Assembly (NCBI GenBank): GCA_963828745.1
Contig: CAWHFZ010000006.1
Span: 449,549-513,548, forward strand
Direction of reading: 5' to 3'
DNA length: 64,000 nucleotides
DNA from: Vicinamibacteria bacterium
GTDB lineage: Bacteria > Acidobacteriota > Vicinamibacteria > Vicinamibacterales > JAENWD01
A program made the position numbers and the translations under genes. Positions 57,313-64,000 of the stretch are shown one piece after another. Numbering within the stretch: position 1 is the first letter of the stretch; every line of letters starts with the position of its first letter. The notes beneath the pieces were generated by a model that worked only from the letters and a program-made list of their open reading frames with translations, ran no database searches and had not been told where the DNA came from.

Positions 57313-58160
57313 ATCTCGACTTCCGCCGCCGCGTGCTCTCGGCCGCCGTCACCGGCTTCTGCGGCCTGTCGATCCTGGTGGCGCTGGTCCCGCTCGGACT
57401 GATCTTCTTCTTCGTCATCAGCCAGGGGATCCGCGCACTGAACTTCGAGTTCTTCACGAACATGCCGCAGCCGGTTGGCGAGCCTGGCGGCGGCATGGCC
57501 AACGCCATCGTCGGGTCGCTCATCGTGACCGGGATCGGCGCCATCTTCGCCATTCCGATCGGGATCCTCTGCGGCGTTTACGCGGCGGAGTACGCAGGAT
57601 CGCGTCTGGCTTTCGCCGTCCGCTTTGCCGCCGACACGCTGAACGGCGTGCCCTCGATCGTCATCGGCGTCTTCATCTACAGCCTGGTCGTGCTGCCGAT
57701 CCGTCAGTTCACGGCGGTCGCCGGTGGTGTGGCGCTGGGCGTCATGATGATCCCGATCATCGCCCGCAGCACCGAGGAACTGCTGCTGCTCGTGCCGGGT
57801 GGTCTTCGCGAAGCGTCGCTCGCCCTCGGCGCCACCCGCGGCCGCGCGATGTTCAGCGTGATTCTGCCAGCCGCCTTCCCCGGAATCGTCACCGGGATCA
57901 TGCTCGCCCTGTCGCGTATCGCTGGCGAGACGGCGCCCCTCCTGTTCACGGCGCTCAACAATCGCTTTTTCTCGACGCGGCTGGATCAGCCGATCTCGAC
58001 GTTGACGGTGCAGGTCTACACCTACGCGAACTCTCCGTACGATGATTGGCACCGGCAGGCCTGGGCAGGCGCGCTGGTGCTGGTGTCGATCGTGCTGCTC
58101 TGCTCGCTGTTGGCGCGCGTGGCCACGCGCCGACTCGAACGATTGCAGGTGGGACGCTGA
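57309..58160 (+). CDS. pstA: Phosphate ABC transporter permease PstA
   Basis: The ATG overlaps the pstC stop (ATGA). The EAA loop reads [12 protein letters not shown]. Confidence 0.95.
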   Translation: MNLDFRRRVLSAAVTGFCGLSILVALVPLGLIFFFVISQGIRALNFEFFTNMPQPVGEPGGGMANAIVGSLIVTGIGAIFAIPIGILCGVYAAEYAGSRLAFAVRFAADTLNGVPSIVIGVFIYSLVVLPIRQFTAVAGGVALGVMMIPIIARSTEELLLLVPGGLREASLALGATRGRAMFSVILPAAFPGIVTGIMLALSRIAGETAPLLFTALNNRFFSTRLDQPISTLTVQVYTYANSPYDDWHRQAWAGALVLVSIVLLCSLLARVATRRLERLQVGR

Positions 58161-59017
58161 TGGCAATGGTGACCGACACTCCGCGGGATCGAGGGATTCA
58201 GCTGACGCCGCCGACCGTGACCAAGTCGGACGGGCGAGCGAAATCGGCCGATCCTTCCCAGGCACCGGCGATCCATGTCGAAGGCCTGAACTTCTACTAC
58301 GGTGCCAAGAAGGCGCTCGAGAACGTCACCCTCAGCATTCAGCGCAATCAGGTCACGGCGCTCATGGGCCCGTCGGGCTGCGGCAAGAGCACCTTCCTCC
58401 GCGCGCTGAACCGCATGAACGACGTCATTCCCGGAACGCGGGCAGAGGGTGTCGTGCGGGTGCTCGATCTGGACGCCTATGCCAAGTCGACCGACGTCGT
58501 CGCGCTCCGTCGTCGAGTGGGAATGGTGTTCCAGAAATCGAATCCGTTCCCGAAGTCGATCTTCGAAAACATCGCCTACGGCATCAGGCTGAACAAGGTC
58601 GTGACCGATCGCGACAGTCTGAATCAGCGCGTCGAAGACAGCCTGCGTGAAGCCGCGCTCTGGGACGAAGTGAAGGACCGGCTCCACGAATCCGCGATCG
58701 CGCTCTCCGGCGGTCAGCAGCAGCGACTCTGTATCGCGCGGGCGCTCGCCATTCGACCGGAAGTGCTCCTGATGGACGAGCCCGCGTCAGCGCTGGACCC
58801 GATAGCCACGCAGCGGATTGAAGAGCTGATTTTCAAGCTGCGCACCGATTACACGATCGTCATCGTGACGCATAACCTGCAACAGGCGGCGCGGGTGTCA
58901 CAGATTACGGCCTTCTTCTGGCTGGGCCGTTTGATCGAGGCCGGTCTGACCGAAGAGATCTTCACGAATCCGAAGCAGAAGCTGACCGAGGACTACGTCA
59001 CCGGTCGCTTCGGTTAG
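58160..59017 (+). CDS. pstB: Phosphate ABC transporter ATP-binding protein PstB
   Basis: The ATG overlaps the pstA stop by 1 nt. It has Walker A (GPSGCGKST), the signature LSGGQQQRL and Walker B (LLMDEP). Confidence 0.95.
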   Translation: MAMVTDTPRDRGIQLTPPTVTKSDGRAKSADPSQAPAIHVEGLNFYYGAKKALENVTLSIQRNQVTALMGPSGCGKSTFLRALNRMNDVIPGTRAEGVVRVLDLDAYAKSTDVVALRRRVGMVFQKSNPFPKSIFENIAYGIRLNKVVTDRDSLNQRVEDSLREAALWDEVKDRLHESAIALSGGQQQRLCIARALAIRPEVLLMDEPASALDPIATQRIEELIFKLRTDYTIVIVTHNLQQAARVSQITAFFWLGRLIEAGLTEEIFTNPKQKLTEDYVTGRFG

Positions 59018-59029
59018 GAGAGACGCGCC

Positions 59030-59717
59030 ATGTCCGACGACAAGACGACCAGGCACTTCATCGAGGAGCTGCAGCGCCTGAAAGAGCGCCTGCTCGAGAT
59101 GGGCGAGCTGGCGACGAGCCGGATCGACCGTGCGGTGAGCGGGCTCACCAGCCGTGATCCGGTGATTCTCGACGATGTCATCCAGGGCGACGAGTCGATC
59201 AATACGCTGCAGATCGAGCTCGACGATCGCTGCTTCAAGCTGCTGGCCCTGCGCCAGCCGATGGCGACAGACCTGCGCCTCATTATGTCGACGACGCGCA
59301 TCACCAGCGATCTGGAACGCGTGGGCGATCTCGCGGTGAATGTCGCGGAAGCGGCGGCACGCTACATTCAATACCCGCCGGTGAAGCCGTTGATCGATCT
59401 GCCGAAGATGAGCGAGCTCGCGCAACAGATGCTGCGCGATGCGCTCTCGTCGTTCGTCTCCGGCGAGGTGACGCTCGCCAGCGACGTCCTGAAGCGAGAC
59501 GACAGCCCTGGACGACCTGAAGCGCCAGGTCTTCCAGGATCTTCTCACCTACATGCTCAACAATCCGGATCTCGTCGCACCGGCGCTCGATCTCGTGCTG
59601 ATCTCACGGCATCTCGAGCGCGTGGGCGATCACGCGACCAATATCGCCGAGGACATCATCTTCCTCGTCGAAGGCCGCGACGTCCGGCATCAGACCAGCC
59701 GATTCGCCGCCAGCTAG
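59030..59717 (+). pseudogene. phoU: Phosphate signalling regulator PhoU, with one frame break
   Basis: The first repeat is intact (...ITSDLERVGDLAVNVAE). After VLKRDDS the PhoU text continues only in the +1 frame (LDDLKRQVFQDLLTYML...ISRHLERVGDHATNIAEDIIFLVEG...-TAG at 59715-59717). The break sits at the CCC run near 59505-59507. Confidence 0.9.
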
Positions 59718-59803
59718 GCCTCCGCCTGCTGGAGTGCGCAATTCCATGTAGCCCGACGCCATTCGGCTCATGATCCGCATCCGCCGTGACGATTACGCGG
59801 CGG

Positions 59804-60475
59804 ATGATCCCTCGACCGATTCGGATCGTGGTCGCGGACGAACAATCCATCTTCCGATCGGGTCTTCGCCTGCTGCTCGAGAGTGACGCCGCGTTCCAGG
59901 TCGTCGGCGAGGCAGCGGCCCCTGACGCCGCATTGGCTCTCGTCCGCCAGCACCATCCGGATCTCCTGCTGCTCGATCTGGTAATGCCCGACGGCGGCGG
60001 CATGGCCGCCGTCCGAGAACTGGCGAAGGATCCCGTCCCTGGCACGCGGACCGTGATCCTGACGGCGGCAATCGATCGCCCCGAGCAGATGATCGCGATT
60101 CAGCTGGGGGTGCGAGGCATCCTGACCAAAGACGTGTCCGCCGAGATGCTCTTGAAGTGCATCCGCTGTGTGGCTGCAGGTGAATACTGGCTGGGTCATC
60201 AGACCGTCAGCGATCTCGTGGATGCGATCGTGCTCAAGCCTGCGGATCATCGCTCCTCGAGGGTGACACTGACCCCGAGAGAGCTCGACATCGTGGCGGC
60301 AATCGTGGATGGCGCGAGCAATCGTGAAATCGCCGATCAATTCGGACTCAGTCCTCAGACGGTGAAGAATCACTTGAGCAGCATTTTCGACAAGCTCGGT
60401 GTGTCGAATCGGCTCGAACTCGCGCTCTACGCAGTGAACCACCGCTTGCTCGCCGAACGCCCCCCAACGCGTTGA
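59804..60475 (+). CDS. LuxR/NarL-family response regulator
   Basis: REC domain (IRIVVADEQ...LLLLDLVMPDGGG) plus a C-terminal LuxR HTH (LTPRELDIVAAIVDGASNREIADQFGLSPQTVKNHLSSIFDKLGV). Confidence 0.9.
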   Translation: MIPRPIRIVVADEQSIFRSGLRLLLESDAAFQVVGEAAAPDAALALVRQHHPDLLLLDLVMPDGGGMAAVRELAKDPVPGTRTVILTAAIDRPEQMIAIQLGVRGILTKDVSAEMLLKCIRCVAAGEYWLGHQTVSDLVDAIVLKPADHRSSRVTLTPRELDIVAAIVDGASNREIADQFGLSPQTVKNHLSSIFDKLGVSNRLELALYAVNHRLLAERPPTR

Positions 60476-60744
60476 CCGTCGTCACGACTCGCGGGTCTGT
60501 TGCGCGATTGATACGACCTGGTACTACCCACCCGGCGTCCCGTCCTAGCACTTCGCTCCCATTGTTGGGCTAGCTAAGCCCAGCCATACTGTCCGGACCA
60601 CTTTTCCGCCGGAAATCGCTGCAGACGAGCCAGCGCCCACCCCCAAGGGCACTGCTGCGGCGATGCGGAAGGTGCGGCCGGTGCGGTCGTCACTGCTCTC
60701 ACTCGACGCGGATTGCTGCGAGACCTGTTCTCGCGGGAGAAGGT

Positions 60745-63700
60745 ATGAAATCGCGACTGACGCTTCCGTTGCTCGTGGCTCTCACCATTGGGGGCTACGG
60801 AGTCGGGATCCATGGATCCGTGCCAGACGTTCCCACCGGTCAGTGGATGCCTGGCGCGTCCCTCGCGCAACCGCGTGAAGGGGCGGTATCGGTCGCGCTC
60901 GACGATGGGCGCGTGCTGATCATCGGCGGACGTGCGGCGGCTGGCCCGGTCGCCACTGTCGAAGCGCTGAACGCGGACGGATCGATGACCCTCCTCCCAC
61001 TCGATGTCGCTGCCGCGCGTCGGCCACACGGCGGTGCGCCTGACCGATGGCAGCGTGCTGGTCGCCGGCGGCACGACCGCGATTGTCGAGCGATCAGGGA
61101 ACAATCGAAGCCGCAACGTCCTCGGCCGAGATCTTTTCGCCGGGCGCCAACACGTGGAGTGCGGCGTCGCCGCTGAATGTCGCGCGCACCGGGACAGACC
61201 ACGGCGATCCTGCTCGATGGGCGAGTGCTGATCGCTGGCGGCACGGCGAGCAGGGACCACTCGACTCGATGGAAGTGTTCGACCCGGATTAGGGCACCTT
61301 CCGCGTCGCTGGCGTGCTTTCCGCGGCACGTGCAGAAGCAGCCGCGGCAGTCGCGGGTAAGACTCAGGTGCTGGTCGTCGGCGGCCGCAATGCGGATGGC
61401 GTTCTGGCCACCGCCGATCTCGTCGACGTGGACTCGGGTTCCGTCGCGCAGCTGACGCTGACGTCGCCGCGCGCCGGCGCGTCGGCGACAGAAGCTGCTC
61501 GACGGCACGGTGTTCGTCGCGGGCGGCAATGACGGTTCGAACGATCTCGCCACCGCGGAAGTGATCGATCCGGTCGCCGGAGCATCGACTCCCGTGGGCT
61601 CGATGTCGCAGCCGCGCAGCGGCCATCAGGCGACGCTGCTGGATCACAATGCGACCGTCCTGATCGTTGGCGGCACGAGCAACGGTGCCCGTCGCCACGA
61701 CGGCCGAGACTTTCATCCCCTGGACAGGCCAGTTCGCCGCTACGAATTCGCCGGCGGCCGCGCGCACGAGCGCAGATCGTCAGCCTCAACATCGACCGAG
61801 GGCGTCGCGGTCCTCGCGGCCGGCAAGGCGAGCAACGGCGCGCTGGTGGCTTCTACGGAGCTGTACGGGTTCGCGACGGTGAAGACGGATCAGGACGACT
61901 ACGCGCCGGGCACGCACGGTTGTCATCACGGGCACTGGCTGGCAGCCCGGCGAGATCGTCCACTTGCTGCTGCACGAAGTCGGAACCGGTGCCGAACCCG
62001 ACGTACCGCTGATCGCAACCGCCGACGCTACGGGAAAGATCTTTAACGATGTCTTCGCCCCGAACGAGGGAGACATTGGAAGACGGTTCTACCTCACTGT
62101 GGTGGGAGTTGGCGCGACGGCTCAAACGACTTTCACGGATGCACCAAACAACTCGACGTTCAGCAGCACGGCCAATGGCGCCCCAGTCACGACCTTCGGT
62201 ACGGTCCTTCCGAATCAATGTTCGGCGTGGTGGGGACAAGCTCGCCAAGGAAATAACCTGGACGTGGTAACCGGCACGATGACGCTCACATCGAATCCCG
62301 GTGGCGCCGAGTTTTTCGCTAACGACACGTGCAGTGGCAGTCCACAGACCACCCTTTCTCTTTCCTTCACTGCCGCCAGTGCCGTCCAGTTCTCGTCCAG
62401 AATTGCGACTACAGGACCGTACACGATTAGAGGCGCCGGTTCCTGGGACAACAATGCCAATCAAAACGCGACGGCGGCTGTAACCGTCAATGCGCAGCGT
62501 TCCACGAGTACGAGTGTCACCTGCGCGACCAATCCCGTCCTCGTCGGTCAGGGGACATTGTGCACTGCGACCGTTACGGATACGGGCGGCGCAGGCGCAT
62601 CCTCGCCGACGGGAACTGTTACGTTCTCATCGGACGCATCCGGAACCTTCGGCTCCGCCAGCACGTGCGCGCTGGTCTCCGCAACCTCGAACAGCAGCAC
62701 GTGCAGCAGAACCTACACACCAACGATAGTGGCGCCTGGGACACATAACATCGGCGCCAGCTATGCGGCAAATGGCGCGCATGCCGGCAGTTCGGATCCG
62801 ACACCGTTTGCCCTTACCGTCAATCCGATGTCGACGGCCACCACTGTCGCGTCCAATGCGAACCCGTCTGTCTTTGGTCAGAACGTTACGTTCACTGCGA
62901 CGGTTTCGGTGGTCGCGCCCGGCACGGGGACGCCGGCCGGGAACGCCGAGTTCTTCGATGGCGCGACGTCGTTGGGTATCGCCGCGTTGAACGGGTCGGG
63001 TGTCGCGACGTTGTCAACCAGCGCACTGGCCGTCGCCTCACACAGCATCACGGCAAAGTATCTTGGCAACGCTAGCTACAGTCAAAGCACGTCCGCAGTG
63101 TTGAATCAGACCGTTCAGAGCGCCGCTACAACAACGGCGCTGACGTCGTCCGTGAATCCCTCGAAATTCGGGCAGTCGGTGACGTTTACGGCGACAGTGA
63201 CGGTTAACTCACCTGGAACGGGCACACCGGCCGGAAGCGCTGAGTTCTTTGACGGCGCGACGTCGCTGGGTACCGGAACCTTGAACGCCTCCGGTGTGGC
63301 CACGCTAACGACCAGCACGTTGGCCGTCGCCTCGCACAGCATCACCGCGAAGTATCTCGGCAGCGCCAACTACAACGGCAGCACCTCGACGGTGTTGCCG
63401 CAGAACGTCGAGAAGGCCGGCACGACGACCGCGGTCACGTCTTCTGCGAATTCGTCGAAATTCGGACAATCTGTCACGTTTACCGCGACCGTGACGGTGA
63501 ATTCGCCGGGCACAGGCACGCCGGCCGGCAACGCCGAGTTCTTCGATGGTGGCACGTCGCTCGGGATGGGCACGTTGAACGCCTCCGGCGTGGCGACGTT
63601 TACGACCAGCGCCCTGGCCGTCGCCTCCCACAACATCACCGCGAAGTATCTCGGCAACGCCAACTACAACGAAAGTACCTCGGCGGGGCTGACGCAAACC

Positions 63701-64000
63701 GTTGAGAAGGCCGACACCGCGACGGCGCTGACTTCGTCGACGAATCCCTCGAAGTTCGGCCAGTCGGTGACCTTCACCGCGACGGTCACGGTCGACGCGC
63801 CGGGCACCGGCACGCCGGCCGGCAGCGCCGAGTTCTTCGATGGCGCCACCTCGCTCGGCACGGGGACCCTCAACGCCTCCGGCGTAGCGACGTTCTCGAC
63901 GAGCACGCTGGCGGTCGCCGGGCACAGCATCACGGCGAAGTATCTCGGCAACGGCGACTACAACGTGAGCATCTCGGCGGGGCTGACGCAGACCGTGGAG
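60745..64000 (+). pseudogene. Large surface protein with N-terminal Kelch-type repeats (heavily disrupted), a middle region and tandem bacterial Ig-like (Big_3_5-type) domains. It runs off the window end.
   Basis: GGAGAAGG precedes the ATG at 60745, followed by a signal peptide. Kelch-like units (DGRVLIIGG, DGSVLVAGG, DGRVLIAGG, QVLVVGG, DGTVFVAGG, TVLIVGG) are spread over all three frames between 60990 and 61915, with an in-frame TAG at 61290. From about 61915 one open frame (codon phase of 63167) runs uninterrupted to 64000. It is absent from the ORF track because it has no stop in the window. Confidence 0.8.
62828..64000 (+). repeat. Tandem 294-bp (98-codon) coding repeat, about 4 copies, continuing beyond the window
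   Basis: The motif F-G-Q-x-V-T-F-T-A-T-V recurs at 62873, 63167, 63461 and 63755, exactly 294 bp apart. Each unit reads ...PGTGTP(A)G.AEFFDG.TSLG...LN.SGVAT..TS.LAV..H.ITAKYLG...Y..S. Confidence 0.9.

Noticed and set aside
59495-59515. phoU frame change, and the other single breaks, considered as programmed ribosomal frameshifting.
   Set aside because: I saw no slippery heptamer or downstream structure. The breaks occur in unrelated genes and mostly mimic one extra base, which fits indel error or mutation better.
60574-61767. 397-aa minus-strand ORF opposite the Kelch segment.
   Set aside because: It is Arg/Pro/Ser-rich with no motifs and is antisense to Kelch-repeat text that has a signal peptide and ribosome-binding site on the plus strand.
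63115-63951. A series of minus-strand ORFs with repeated text (MALPRYFAVMLCEATA...), which could be taken for a repeat-protein gene.
   Set aside because: They are antisense shadows of the plus-strand Ig-like repeat gene. The plus frame carries recognisable Big_3_5-type motifs and is open for over 2 kb. The minus ORFs restart at every repeat and have no recognisable motifs.

Overview
This is a high-G+C (roughly two-thirds G+C by eye) bacterial chromosomal segment. Gene content looks like an Acidobacteria-type soil bacterium: three TonB-dependent receptors with carboxypeptidase-regulatory-like N-termini, an ADOP-type duplicated FtsX permease, and a PEP-CTERM-like tail. I can support about 55 genes. 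They include one tRNA-Leu(UAA), a leucine/isovalerate catabolic cluster (methylcrotonyl-CoA carboxylase beta and alpha, enoyl-CoA hydratase, HMG-CoA lyase), and a porin-pstSCAB-phoU phosphate locus followed by a LuxR-type response regulator. There is also a sigma-54 activator operon (activator, YtxH-like, YihY, M48 peptidase) and assorted housekeeping or envelope genes: DJ-1/PfpI, ROK kinase, Ogt, CutC, GGT, a beta-lactamase-family hydrolase, lactate permease, RluA-type synthase, MFS, prohibitin, LysR and MgtC plus a histidine kinase. The most interesting system is a six-gene, translationally coupled stressosome-type operon at 45881-52644. It runs RsbR-RsbS-RsbT, then an RsbT-like domain fused to a PP2C phosphatase, then two hybrid histidine kinases, with no sigma-factor partner or recognisable output domain. 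The second notable property is about two dozen reading-frame breaks. They are strongly clustered in a few genes (two TonB receptors, a Kelch/Ig-like surface protein, the last kinase of the stressosome operon) and mostly behave as single extra bases. The Kelch segment also has one in-frame TAG. These are either localised assembly errors or genuine gene decay. No CRISPR array, intact mobile element or rRNA was seen. Many long ORFs in the supplied track are spurious antisense or out-of-frame ORFs typical of high-GC DNA.
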